DNA of 64,000 bases from Acholeplasmataceae bacterium (GCA_041654835.1 JBAZCQ010000002.1:74476-138475); one strand, 5' to 3'; shown: positions 49,235-58,507, numbered from the stretch's first letter. The notes: generated from the sequence alone by a model not told the origin. Numbers and translations are program-made.

Positions 49235-49367
49235 ATAATTGCAGTAAGGCTTGTAAGATTGAAATTTTTATAATAAATATAATGGGAGTTAAAAATAGCA
49301 TTTAGCAGTTTTTAAAAAAAATAGTTGGTGTATACTAGTAGTGTAGTAGTGATTGGAGATGCATAAA

Positions 49368-50351
49368 ATGAAGTTAACAAAAGAAGCAATATATATAAAT
49401 GTATTATTGTTGATTAACCTTGTACTCAATGAGTCACCTAAAGATATTATAAAATTATATGAAGATACTCTCTCTAATGTTTTCAAATTAAATATAGACG
49501 AAAACACAAAACAAATACTAAAAGAATATGAAGAGTTTTATGTCCAATTTGAAAAAAGGTTAGATAAAGAAAATTTAAGCGATATCTTTAGATTGAAAGA
49601 CACTTTTTATAATTTAATATCAATATATATGAAAGTTGAAAATCGTGAAAACAAAAATATTTTAAACAACATATATGATGAATGGCTGCTAGATAAAGAT
49701 TTGACTTTAGATAAATCAATTGATGCTTTGCCACTTTCTGCAAATGATAAGTGGATTTTATTTAAATTTATTAGTGACTACGATGAACATATAAGTAATG
49801 TGTTTGATGTTGTTTTAGAACAAAAGAAATTTTTTAATGATTTGCTACCCCTTTTAAAGAATTCATATTTAAAAATAGATAACTTCAAAGACATGGTTAT
49901 AAATAATACAGCACTAAACGATACAGCATTCTCTTTAAGTAATGACATTGAAGAGATTGTTCCGCTTATTTCTGCCCCATTTGCGACACTTATACAAGGA
50001 AAGAAAGCTTATAGAGGGATTTTGATCGATTTAATAGTAAATGATAAAAGTGAAGATAAAATAGCAAAAAATTTAACGATATTAAAATCAGTTATTGATA
50101 ATACCAAATTTGCTATATTATCTTCAATTGCCCAAAAACCAAAATATGGTGCTGAACTTGCTAAAGAATTGAATTTAACACCAGGAACTATAACATATCA
50201 CACAAATGAGTTAACTGCCTTTAAATTAATTTCTCCAACTGCAGTTGGAGGAAAAATATTTTATTCAATAAACAATCAAAGAATAAATTCTGCATTTGAT
50301 GAAATTAAAAAGCTACTAATCTTGCAGAAAAATGATGAGATTAAGAACTAA
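49368..50351 (+). CDS. Transcriptional regulator: about 240-aa helical N-terminal domain of unknown function plus C-terminal ArsR-type winged HTH
   Basis: The C-terminus FAILSSIAQKPKYGAELAKELNLTPGTITYHTNELTAFKLI matches the ArsR/SmtB wHTH pattern. GGAG lies 9 nt upstream of the ATG at 49368. The track start at 49353 is a TTG. Confidence 0.72.
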   Translation: MKLTKEAIYINVLLLINLVLNESPKDIIKLYEDTLSNVFKLNIDENTKQILKEYEEFYVQFEKRLDKENLSDIFRLKDTFYNLISIYMKVENRENKNILNNIYDEWLLDKDLTLDKSIDALPLSANDKWILFKFISDYDEHISNVFDVVLEQKKFFNDLLPLLKNSYLKIDNFKDMVINNTALNDTAFSLSNDIEEIVPLISAPFATLIQGKKAYRGILIDLIVNDKSEDKIAKNLTILKSVIDNTKFAILSSIAQKPKYGAELAKELNLTPGTITYHTNELTAFKLISPTAVGGKIFYSINNQRINSAFDEIKKLLILQKNDEIKN

Positions 50352-50608
50352 TTTTTTACTAAACTATGATGCTTTGGTTCACTTGTGATTTAAAAGGAAC
50401 TGTAAATAAATAAAATTTTTATATAAAAAGTTTCGGTCAATTGATCGATTAAAAATGAAAACATTTTAATATATTAATGTACACAATAAAAAAAGATATA
50501 GAATAATTGAATAATCATCTACTATGAAACTTAATATTTGCTAAGTCTTTACATAAATATGCCCAAAAATTTTTTTTATTATTTATATAGATTAAATGTG
50601 AAAAAAAT

Positions 50609-50656
50609 GGGGCTGTAATCCATGATACATAAAATGTTTCATTTCTTTACAGCCCC
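50609..50656. terminator. Bidirectional terminator at the right edge of the AT-rich insert
   Basis: GGGGCTGTAA (50609-50618) pairs with TTACAGCCCC (50647-50656). An A-run lies on the left and a T-run on the right. It serves the minus-strand ABC-2 operon and possibly the plus-strand regulator. Confidence 0.7.
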
Positions 50657-50667
50657 TTTTTATTTAT

Positions 50668-51969
50668 CTATTTTCTTTTACCCTTTTTTTGAAACGCCTT
50701 CTTAAAGTATGAACCAATTCGTTTAAAGAACTTCGTTTGATCATAACTTAAGATCGCTACTTTGTACACAGGCGCAAACGCTAAGGTTGCTAAAACTAAG
50801 AAAATAATCATCACAATTAAAGCAATGATAGCCTCAACTAGTGTGATACTTCCAGCAGCGAAGGCGACAGGTGCTAAAATCGGCGTGAAAATCGGTACGA
50901 ACGACATGATTTTCATAAAACCAGAACCGCCAGCCATCGGTGCGAAAATACCGATATAAAAACCACCTAGTAACATAAGCATAAGCGGAGATTGGAATTG
51001 TTGGTAATCTTCTTGTGTAACCGCCATCGAGGCAAACAAAGCTGCGATGACTAAATAAAAGAGGGTGCCAATAATCATAAACAACACAGAAAATAACACA
51101 ACAGTCGGCCAATTGGGGAAAAGATCTGCCACATATTTCAATAAATGAACTTCAGGGCCTCCAGGCATCCCTGTACTTCCACTTAGTTGCTGATTGCCAA
51201 TCAGAGCCGCAACCGCACTATATACTAGAATAAGTCCACCTTGAATAACGACGAAGAAAATACTTGAGGTAATCTTTGATAAGAAATGGATATTTGCTGG
51301 AACACTTGAAATAATTGTCTCAATTGCTTTGGTTGATTTTTCTTCAATAATATCGATCCCAACAAACTGGGTTGCCATCGTAATTAAAATGAACATCGGT
51401 AAAATCAAAATCGTCATCATCGATGATAACAACATCTCTTCTTCTGGACTTTCATAATCTGGGGGCATCACCGGAGTTATGACCGGAGCTTGATAATCAT
51501 CAATTTGGTATAAAATAATGAGTCTTTCTAATTGTCCATATAAAAGCGGATTATGTTCAGGTGTTTTTGAGTAAAGATCAAAAATTGGCGCTGCGACCGA
51601 TCCTTTAAAAACAATGACAACATCCCAATCTTCATCATCCCAAAAGGCTTTTTCTTGTTCCGGATCCGTTAAATCAATATCAGTAAAAGACGTTGTTTTT
51701 TCATCAATCAAGTAATACTCATACCCACCAAAAGATTCATTTAAAATAACACTCAATTGGTCACTCACATCGGCTTGTGCCGTTTCATTGTATAAGTCAA
51801 TATGAATATTCGTAATCGGATCTTCTTCTGGTGTAAACCAACCAATAATCGTTGGTAAATTAACAATTGCAATTAACAAAATGGCGATGACGATATTCGC
51901 AATCACAAAGGCTTTTCGATAAACTCTTTTTTTCAAACCAAACTTCACTAAGAATTTAAATTTCTTCAC
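50668..51969 (-). CDS. ABC-2 type transporter permease (NatB/YhaP-like architecture)
   Basis: 433 aa. An N-terminal TM is followed by an extracytoplasmic loop of about 150 aa and five C-terminal TM segments. Confidence 0.8.
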   Translation of the reverse strand: MKKFKFLVKFGLKKRVYRKAFVIANIVIAILLIAIVNLPTIIGWFTPEEDPITNIHIDLYNETAQADVSDQLSVILNESFGGYEYYLIDEKTTSFTDIDLTDPEQEKAFWDDEDWDVVIVFKGSVAAPIFDLYSKTPEHNPLLYGQLERLIILYQIDDYQAPVITPVMPPDYESPEEEMLLSSMMTILILPMFILITMATQFVGIDIIEEKSTKAIETIISSVPANIHFLSKITSSIFFVVIQGGLILVYSAVAALIGNQQLSGSTGMPGGPEVHLLKYVADLFPNWPTVVLFSVLFMIIGTLFYLVIAALFASMAVTQEDYQQFQSPLMLMLLGGFYIGIFAPMAGGSGFMKIMSFVPIFTPILAPVAFAAGSITLVEAIIALIVMIIFLVLATLAFAPVYKVAILSYDQTKFFKRIGSYFKKAFQKKGKRK

Positions 51970-52858
51970 GAGATTTACCTACCTTTGCTATAAATATTTC
52001 ACTTAAAGACGCTTTTTCAACGTCGTATTTTGTAATGTTGTCGCATTTTTTCACATAATCAAAGACAGCGTGGCTCACTTCTTTATTGGCAATCTTAACG
52101 ATATAGGAGTGCTTGTTTTTAATCACTTCTTCGACACCTTCAATTTGTCGTAAGACATCAGGGTCGACATCACCTTCAATTTGAATATTTTGTTTTTGGA
52201 AAGCTTCTTTAATTTCTTCTAAGTTACCACTAATAATCGCTTCGCCTTTTTCTAAAACGACAACCTCTTCACAAAATGATTCAACGTGGTCTAATTGATG
52301 TGAAGAAAAGACAACCATACTTCCCTTTGCTTGAAAATCATGAATTACATCGACAAACAATTTTGTATTAATAGGATCTAAACCACTAAAAGGTTCGTCT
52401 AAAATAAGCAATTTAGGATTGTTAATAATCGCTGAAATAAACTGAATTTTTTGTTGGTTTCCTTTTGAAAGTTCTTTAATCTTTTTATCGCGATAATCAA
52501 CAATATCAAACCGTTCTAACCAATAATCGAGGCGCTCTAAAATTACTTTTGGTTCCATGTCCTTTAGTTGACCATAATAAAGCATCAGTTCTTTAACGGT
52601 AATTTTTGTCAACAAACTTCTTTCTTCAATCATATACCCAATTTCATTGACATTGTGGTATCCAATTTTATCGCCAAAATAAAGGACTTCGCCTTCCGTT
52701 GGTTCGAGTAAGCCCATAATCATTCTAAACGTTGTCGTTTTTCCGGCACCATTGGTTCCTAAAAGACCAAAGATGTCACCGGGTTTAATTGTGAACGAGA
52801 GTTGCTCAACAGCGACAAAGTCACCGTACATCATTTTCGCATTTTTGACTTCTAACAT
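51956..52858 (-). CDS. ABC transporter ATP-binding protein (NatA-like)
   Basis: Walker A GTNGAGKT, signature LSKGNQQK and Walker B LLILDEPFSGLD are present. Confidence 0.9.
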   Translation of the reverse strand: MLEVKNAKMMYGDFVAVEQLSFTIKPGDIFGLLGTNGAGKTTTFRMIMGLLEPTEGEVLYFGDKIGYHNVNEIGYMIEERSLLTKITVKELMLYYGQLKDMEPKVILERLDYWLERFDIVDYRDKKIKELSKGNQQKIQFISAIINNPKLLILDEPFSGLDPINTKLFVDVIHDFQAKGSMVVFSSHQLDHVESFCEEVVVLEKGEAIISGNLEEIKEAFQKQNIQIEGDVDPDVLRQIEGVEEVIKNKHSYIVKIANKEVSHAVFDYVKKCDNITKYDVEKASLSEIFIAKVGKSREEI

Positions 52859-52920
52859 ACCGTTCCTCTTTTCTTTTTGGATTACGAGTTTATCTTATCA
52901 TAAATCCACTTAAAAGAAAA

Positions 52921-52944
52921 GAACACAAACTCAAGTTTGTGTTC
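52921..52944 (-). terminator. Intrinsic terminator after thrS
   Basis: GAACACAAAC-tcaa-GTTTGTGTTC forms a 10-bp perfect stem, with a U-rich tract after it on the minus strand. Confidence 0.8.
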
Positions 52945-52950
52945 TCAATT

Positions 52951-54882
52951 TTAATGAATTGGTTGGACCATTTCTTTAGCAACCATCTCCAAGAAAACTT
53001 CAAGAGAAACGGTTGTTTGTTTTTGGTTACCGTATTTACGGTAGGTAACACTTTGATCCTTTACTTCATTATCACCAATGACTAAAGCGTAAGGAATTTT
53101 TAAAGTTTGCGTTTCCCTAATCTTATAACCTAACTTCTCATCACGGATATCTGTTTCAACACGATAGCCGTGTTTTTTGAGTTGATCACTGACATGTTCT
53201 GCATAAGATGAATGAAACTCATTATTAACCGGTATTACAGCAACTTGTACTGGTGCAAGCCAGTAAGGGAATGCACCTTTATATTCTTCAGTTAAATAAG
53301 CCACGAAGCGTTCCATTGTTGAGACGATCCCACGATGAATAACGACAGGGCGATGCTCATTTCGGCCATCTTCACCAACATACGTTAAATCAAAGCGTTC
53401 GGGCAACAAGAAATCAAGTTGAATTGTTGATAATGTTTCACTATGACCTAGGGCTGTTTTTACTTGAACGTCTAATTTAGGGCCATAAAAGGCTGCTTCT
53501 CCAACTGCTTCATAATAGGGTAGGCCAAACTCATCCATCGCTTCTTTAATCATCGCTTCAGCTTTGTTCCACATCTCATCATCTGGGAAGTATTTTTCTT
53601 TATCTTCTGGATCACGATAACTTAGACGGAGTTTAAAATCGGTGATGTTGAAGTCTTCGTACACTTTTAGCATTAAATCAATGGTCCGTTTGAATTCTTC
53701 TTTGATTTGGTCTGTGCGGACAAAAATATGTGCATCATTTAAAGTCATTTCACGAACTCTTTGAAGACCAGAAAGAGCCCCTGATTTTTCGTAACGATGC
53801 ATTTGGCCAAGTTCAGCAATGCGAATCGGAAATTCACGATAAGAGTGGACATCGTTTTTATAAATTAACATGTGATGAGGACAGTTCATAGGTCTTAAAA
53901 CAAGTTGCTCTCCATCGCCTAAATCCATTGGTGGAAACATTGAATCTTGGTAATGATCCCAATGTCCCGATGTTTTATATAATTCAACATCAGCTAAAAC
54001 GGGAGTATAAACATGTTGATAGCCCAAAGCCAATTCAACATCGGTAATATATCTTTCAATAACTCTACGAATCGTCGCTCCTTTTGGGAGCCAAAAGGGG
54101 AGACCTTGTCCGGCTTGTTTCGACAACATGAACAATTCAAGTTCTCGGCCAAGTTTACGGTGATCCCTTAGTTTTCTTTCTTCTAGTAAATGTAAATGTT
54201 CATCCAACGCTTTTTTGCTAAAAAAACTGGTCCCATAAATACGGTTTAACATAATGTTGTTGCTATCACCACGCCAATAAGCGCCCGCAAGACTTAATAA
54301 CTTAAAGTGTTTAATGTATTTTGTTGAAGGAACGTGCCCACCACGGCATAAATCGATAAAGGATCCTTGTCCGTATACTGAAAGCTGAGCATCTTTATAA
54401 TCTTCTATAATGGCCAGTTTATAAGGATCTTTTTTGAAAATTGTCTTTGCTTCATCATAACTCACTTCTTTTCGAACAATGGGATAATCTTCTTTTTGAA
54501 GTTCATGCATTTTTTGTTCAATCCGCACCAAATCTTCATCGTTAATTTTATGTTCCCCTAAATCCATATCATAATAAAAGCCTTCTTCAATTGCGGGGCC
54601 AACACCAAAATGCGCTCCTGGATATAATTCAGTAATTGCTTGAGCCATCAGATGGGCAGTTGAATGATTCAGAACATCTAACGCTCGTTCGTCTCGCTCG
54701 GTTAAAATAGCGAGATTGCCGTCTGTCATTAAAGGTCGGTTACTTTCGATATATTCATCGTTAAAAACAGCAGCAATCGCTTGTTTTGCAAGTGAAGGTG
54801 AAATCCCTTCGGCAATTTCAAGTGGGGTTATCCCTTTAGAAAATTGTTTTTGACTTTTGTCAGGAAAAATAATTAAAATCAT
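52951..54882 (-). CDS. thrS: Threonine--tRNA ligase
   Basis: 643 aa. It has the TGS N-terminus ([13 protein letters not shown]), an editing domain, and class II core motifs (FRxE-type region [16 protein letters not shown], then GIVSTMERF). Confidence 0.97.
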   Translation of the reverse strand: MILIIFPDKSQKQFSKGITPLEIAEGISPSLAKQAIAAVFNDEYIESNRPLMTDGNLAILTERDERALDVLNHSTAHLMAQAITELYPGAHFGVGPAIEEGFYYDMDLGEHKINDEDLVRIEQKMHELQKEDYPIVRKEVSYDEAKTIFKKDPYKLAIIEDYKDAQLSVYGQGSFIDLCRGGHVPSTKYIKHFKLLSLAGAYWRGDSNNIMLNRIYGTSFFSKKALDEHLHLLEERKLRDHRKLGRELELFMLSKQAGQGLPFWLPKGATIRRVIERYITDVELALGYQHVYTPVLADVELYKTSGHWDHYQDSMFPPMDLGDGEQLVLRPMNCPHHMLIYKNDVHSYREFPIRIAELGQMHRYEKSGALSGLQRVREMTLNDAHIFVRTDQIKEEFKRTIDLMLKVYEDFNITDFKLRLSYRDPEDKEKYFPDDEMWNKAEAMIKEAMDEFGLPYYEAVGEAAFYGPKLDVQVKTALGHSETLSTIQLDFLLPERFDLTYVGEDGRNEHRPVVIHRGIVSTMERFVAYLTEEYKGAFPYWLAPVQVAVIPVNNEFHSSYAEHVSDQLKKHGYRVETDIRDEKLGYKIRETQTLKIPYALVIGDNEVKDQSVTYRKYGNQKQTTVSLEVFLEMVAKEMVQPIH

Positions 54883-54904
54883 TGTTTTAGCTCCTTTTTT
54901 AAAA

Positions 54905-55112
54905 AAATAAAACGTCCTTAATTGCTAAGGACGCATATAGCGCGGTACCACCTTAGTTCTAGATTGTATCTAGCCCTCGATTTGTGTTAACGGACACACC
55001 CGGATAATCTTTTCCATTATCTACTCGAAAGAGAGTAGCTCGTATCGGTCACAGCTTTCACCATCCTGTGTCGCTACCTTTGATACAAACCATGTTCTTC
55101 GTCATTGTATGT
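54905..55112 (-). promoter_or_regulatory. T-box riboswitch leader of thrS (putative Thr ACC specifier)
   Basis: The minus strand reads AACTAAGGTGGTACCGCG (complement of 54941-54958). It is preceded by stem III CTAGATacaATCTAG. It is followed by the terminator GCGTCCTTA-gcaat-TAAGGACG plus a U-run (54912-54933). The candidate ACC codon is at 55047-55049, just 3' of a hairpin with loop GAUGGUGAAAG. Confidence 0.85.
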
Positions 55113-55118
55113 ACTCTT

Positions 55119-55127
55119 ATTATAGCA
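55119..55127 (-). promoter_or_regulatory. Extended -10 element (TGcTATAAT) of the thrS leader promoter
   Basis: The minus strand reads TGCTATAAT immediately upstream of the T-box leader. Confidence 0.5.
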
Positions 55128-55152
55128 CTATCCTCTGAAAACTCAATCTATT

Positions 55153-55968
55153 TTATTTCTTTTCATAAGGCGTATCTGATAATTTAACTAAATGCATTAA
55201 ATCTTGAAGCCTCTGGGCAAGTCGCCCAGCTTTCATCCGATTTGTATCGTCTCTTTCCAATGTTAGAGCATCCATTAATTGTGTCAAAGAAAAGTTTGAA
55301 GTCATAAAAACAGGAAGTTTAGCAGATAAACGATACTGCAGCACAGGAACAATGATTTCATCACGGAACCATGCGCTCATATGTTCACCACCAAAATCAT
55401 CTAACATTAAAATATCTGCTTGCTTAAGTTTATTGACTCTTTCTTCTAAATTCCCTTCATTCATTCCTTGACGAATGGAACGAGTTAAATCAGGTACATA
55501 AACAAATAAAACGATAATCCCCTTAAGGGCTAATTCTTGGGCGATGGCAGACATTAAATATGATTTACCTGTTCCATAACGACCATGGAAAAAAAGACCC
55601 TTTTCATAACGATCTTTACGATAGTTATCTAAAAACGTTTTCGCTTTTTCATAGGCTTGAACACGTTCATCGTTAAAGCATTTAAATTGTGATAATGAAG
55701 CATCTTGAATGTACACTTCACTATCGTAAAAACGCAAATTACGTTTAATTTGCAAATTACGTAACTCAAGTGCTTTTTCGCGTGTGGGCCGGTAAATGAT
55801 TTCGATATAAGGATCCGTTTTTAAAATGACTTCATAACCATCTTTAATTGGCTTGGTTTGTTTTTGGATGATGTATTGATAGACCTTATTGACATCGACA
55901 TCGGCAATTTGTAAATTTTTTGTTTCTGGATATTCAGAAATCACTTGTCGCATTTTTTCAATGTTCAT
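55153..55968 (-). CDS. dnaI: Primosomal helicase loader DnaI (DnaC/IstB-like AAA+)
   Basis: 271 aa. Walker A GRYGTGKSYL and Walker B LMLDDFG are present. It lies directly downstream of the dnaB (DnaD-domain) gene, as in Bacillota. Confidence 0.88.
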   Translation of the reverse strand: MNIEKMRQVISEYPETKNLQIADVDVNKVYQYIIQKQTKPIKDGYEVILKTDPYIEIIYRPTREKALELRNLQIKRNLRFYDSEVYIQDASLSQFKCFNDERVQAYEKAKTFLDNYRKDRYEKGLFFHGRYGTGKSYLMSAIAQELALKGIIVLFVYVPDLTRSIRQGMNEGNLEERVNKLKQADILMLDDFGGEHMSAWFRDEIIVPVLQYRLSAKLPVFMTSNFSLTQLMDALTLERDDTNRMKAGRLAQRLQDLMHLVKLSDTPYEKK

Positions 55969-57122
55969 GATGATTCCTCCAATTTCTTTAACTCATTGAC
56001 GTAATCGTCCATCCAATCAGGTTCAGCGACACGCTGGCGTTGCGGTTTTCGTTTCCACGATGTTTCTAACTCTTGCGTATGTTTAATCGCATCTTCTGCG
56101 GTGCGAATCCCTTTATTAAGCCAATCGTGTAAAACCGTTTCCATGTATTTTAAGTTTGGTAACACACCTTCTTTATGTTTTAAGATAAAGATTAAAATGA
56201 CATTAATTAAACCTGGATCAACATGATTTCTTTCAAGCAAACTTGTCGCGGTCGAAAGGGCCATTCCTTGAGCGTTGGTTTTACTGTATTTTTGAATAAT
56301 AATTTGTGGGGGTAATTGACTAATGATTTCTGCTTTAGGCAAATCTTTTTCCGTAATTTCTAAAGTTTGGTTTTTGGATTCGTAATAAAGTTTCGCCCGA
56401 TGATTTAAAACCGGAAAACTAACTATTTCTCTTGACTTAGCGGCTTCTGTATAAACTTCAATCATTTCTTGAACGCTAAATTGATAAACATAAGCAATTT
56501 TAGATATTTGTTTTTGTCGGTTTTGATTAAGAAGCTGTGCTTGTTTTAATCGTTCTGGTAAACCATCAATAAATTTATGATAATCAAACTGATCATTAAT
56601 AACACTGCCACCATTATGGGTCCGCCCTTTAAAGGTTTTATCTAGTTTCAATAAACTCAGCTGTTTCACTTCGTACATGCTATCAAAAGGTTTCGTAATA
56701 TTTTGATATTGTGAAAAATCAGGTTTTTCCATTTGGAAAAAATCAGTAATAGAGTTTAATAACTCATCACCAATTTCTGATTGTAAATAACTTCCAAAAA
56801 TCGTATCAAGTAAAAATTGTTGTGCTGTTAAGGGTGTTTTTAAATAGTAAATGTATTGGTCTCCTGCCTGAAATACTTCTAACAAATTGAGTGCTTCAAG
56901 TTTGTTACGCATTTTTAGAAATTCGGCTTGTTTTAAATCAACCAAATCAAAAAAGGCTTGATGAGTCATTCCTTGGAATCGACCGTTTAAATGATACAAC
57001 GTTAAATAAAGGCTATGGGCGTCCATGCCTAAAAGCGGTTGGTATAAAAGCGACATCACCTTATAATCTTGATCGGCGAGGTCAAAGGTTTTATAAATTT
57101 CAAACGTTGCTTTATTCCTCAT
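55965..57122 (-). CDS. dnaB: Replication initiation and membrane attachment protein (Bacillus-type DnaB, DnaD-like domains)
   Basis: 385 aa. The call rests on its position before dnaI with a 4-nt overlap and on the C-terminal DnaD-like region (LEDWLNKGIRT-type: VLHDWLNKGIRTAEDA). Confidence 0.8.
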   Translation of the reverse strand: MRNKATFEIYKTFDLADQDYKVMSLLYQPLLGMDAHSLYLTLYHLNGRFQGMTHQAFFDLVDLKQAEFLKMRNKLEALNLLEVFQAGDQYIYYLKTPLTAQQFLLDTIFGSYLQSEIGDELLNSITDFFQMEKPDFSQYQNITKPFDSMYEVKQLSLLKLDKTFKGRTHNGGSVINDQFDYHKFIDGLPERLKQAQLLNQNRQKQISKIAYVYQFSVQEMIEVYTEAAKSREIVSFPVLNHRAKLYYESKNQTLEITEKDLPKAEIISQLPPQIIIQKYSKTNAQGMALSTATSLLERNHVDPGLINVILIFILKHKEGVLPNLKYMETVLHDWLNKGIRTAEDAIKHTQELETSWKRKPQRQRVAEPDWMDDYVNELKKLEESS

Positions 57123-57723
57123 CTAAAAATCCTTTCAAAAATTGGTCAATTTGGTAATATAAGTAATTTAAGTCACCTTGGTTATCAAAAATAATGTCGA
57201 CTTTGAGTTTTTTCTCTTCAATAGACATTTGTGATTTTAAACGGAGGAATGCGTCTTCTTTAGACATTTGATCACGGATCATTAATCGTTCGATTTGGAT
57301 TTCTTCCGTGGTATAAACTAAGCATGTAACATCGCATTTTTTTTCGTAACCTACTTCAAAAAGAAGTGGCATATCGACAACGATCAGTTTTTGATCTTGA
57401 TGCATCGCTAATTGCTTTTCGAGTTCTAAAAAAACAAGGGGATGAACAATATCGTTGAGCTTTAAGCGCATTTTACGGTCGTTAAAAATAATTTGGCTAA
57501 TTCTTTTTCGATCTTGTTTGGTTTTAATTTCAAAATCGAAAAGTGCTTCAATTTTACGGACCATTTCATCATTGGTTTGCCATAAATGTTGAACAATTAG
57601 ATCACTATCTAAAACAACGATTCCACTTTTTTTAAAGTAGTTTGCGGCAACCGACTTACCTGAGGCAATGCCACCAGTTAGGCCAATGATATACGGTTTA
57701 TTTTTGACATTTGGGACAGACAT
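57112..57723 (-). CDS. coaE: Dephospho-CoA kinase
   Basis: The P-loop IGLTGGIASGKS is present. The ATG at 57723 (or the GTG at 57732) overlaps the mutM 3' end. Confidence 0.92.
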   Translation of the reverse strand: MSVPNVKNKPYIIGLTGGIASGKSVAANYFKKSGIVVLDSDLIVQHLWQTNDEMVRKIEALFDFEIKTKQDRKRISQIIFNDRKMRLKLNDIVHPLVFLELEKQLAMHQDQKLIVVDMPLLFEVGYEKKCDVTCLVYTTEEIQIERLMIRDQMSKEDAFLRLKSQMSIEEKKLKVDIIFDNQGDLNYLYYQIDQFLKGFLDEE

Positions 57724-58507
57724 ACGTACCACGTCCTGTTACTTTTATTTTAATGATGGGCGTCCCACAAACTGGACAAGGTTCTCCTGCTTTTGTATGA
57801 ACCTTTAATTCGTTTTGAAAGCGTCCATGGACACCTAAACTGGAAGTATAAGAGCGAATTGTGGTGCCACCAAGGGCGACTGCTTTTGCTAGTACCTCTC
57901 GTGCTGCTAAAACAATGTTTACCACTTCTTTTTCTTTTAAATCTACTGCTTTTCTTTCAGGATGGATTCTTGCTTGAAACAGCGTTTCATCTACATATAT
58001 GTTACCGAGTCCAGACATTTTTGTTTGGTCTAATAAAATTGCTTTAATCGGTCTTTTCGAATCTTTTATCCTTACGTAATATTGATGTAGGTTGGTGTCT
58101 TTTGGTTCTGGCCCAACTTGATTGAGTGGGGAAACTTCTTGATACGTTTCAATCGGCAAAAGATGTGCTGTGCCAAATTTACGAAAATCATGATATCTAA
58201 GTGTCCTTCCACTTGATAAGTAAAGAACAAGATGCTCGTGTTTATCAAAAGGTTCATCTTTTTTAATGAAAAATTTACCTTCCATCCGTAAGTGAAAGAT
58301 GAGGACATCTGTGTCTAGTTCAAAAATAATGAACTTACCCTTACGGTGGATATCCTGAATGGTTTGACCAATGGGTTTTGTTTGAAACACACTTGAATCG
58401 GTTTTAACCATCTTAGGAAAAAGTATTTTCATAGCCGTTATGGTTTCTTTAATGAGACGTGGTTTTAACGTTTGGACAACTGTTTCAACTTCTGGTAGTT
58501 CTGGCAT
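57698..58507 (-). CDS. mutM: Formamidopyrimidine-DNA glycosylase
   Basis: The N-terminus MPELPEVETV and the C-terminal zinc finger CPVCGTPI...CPKCQ are present. Confidence 0.95.
   Translation of the reverse strand: MPELPEVETVVQTLKPRLIKETITAMKILFPKMVKTDSSVFQTKPIGQTIQDIHRKGKFIIFELDTDVLIFHLRMEGKFFIKKDEPFDKHEHLVLYLSSGRTLRYHDFRKFGTAHLLPIETYQEVSPLNQVGPEPKDTNLHQYYVRIKDSKRPIKAILLDQTKMSGLGNIYVDETLFQARIHPERKAVDLKEKEVVNIVLAAREVLAKAVALGGTTIRSYTSSLGVHGRFQNELKVHTKAGEPCPVCGTPIIKIKVTGRGTYVCPKCQK

Noticed and set aside
49336-49351. Perfect tandem duplication TAGTAGTG-TAGTAGTG just upstream of the regulator RBS, considered as an operator.
   Set aside because: It is too short to distinguish from chance or slippage, and no matching copy lies near the 46164 promoter.
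50366-50413. 15-codon ORF MMLWFTCDLKGTVNK just after the regulator stop, considered as a second precursor because it has Trp, Cys and Lys.
   Set aside because: It has no Shine-Dalgarno sequence and no clear similarity to the 24-aa peptide. It lies in AT-rich spacer where short ORFs arise by chance. It is worth re-checking only if conserved in homologous loci.
45977-50437. 8-bp direct repeat GTTTCGGT (45977-45984 and 50430-50437) with an adjacent CAATTG, considered as att-like insertion scars.
   Set aside because: An 8-mer shared between two spacers of about 300 bp is expected roughly once by chance. No integrase or recombinase is present. It is mentioned only as a caveat in the island finding.
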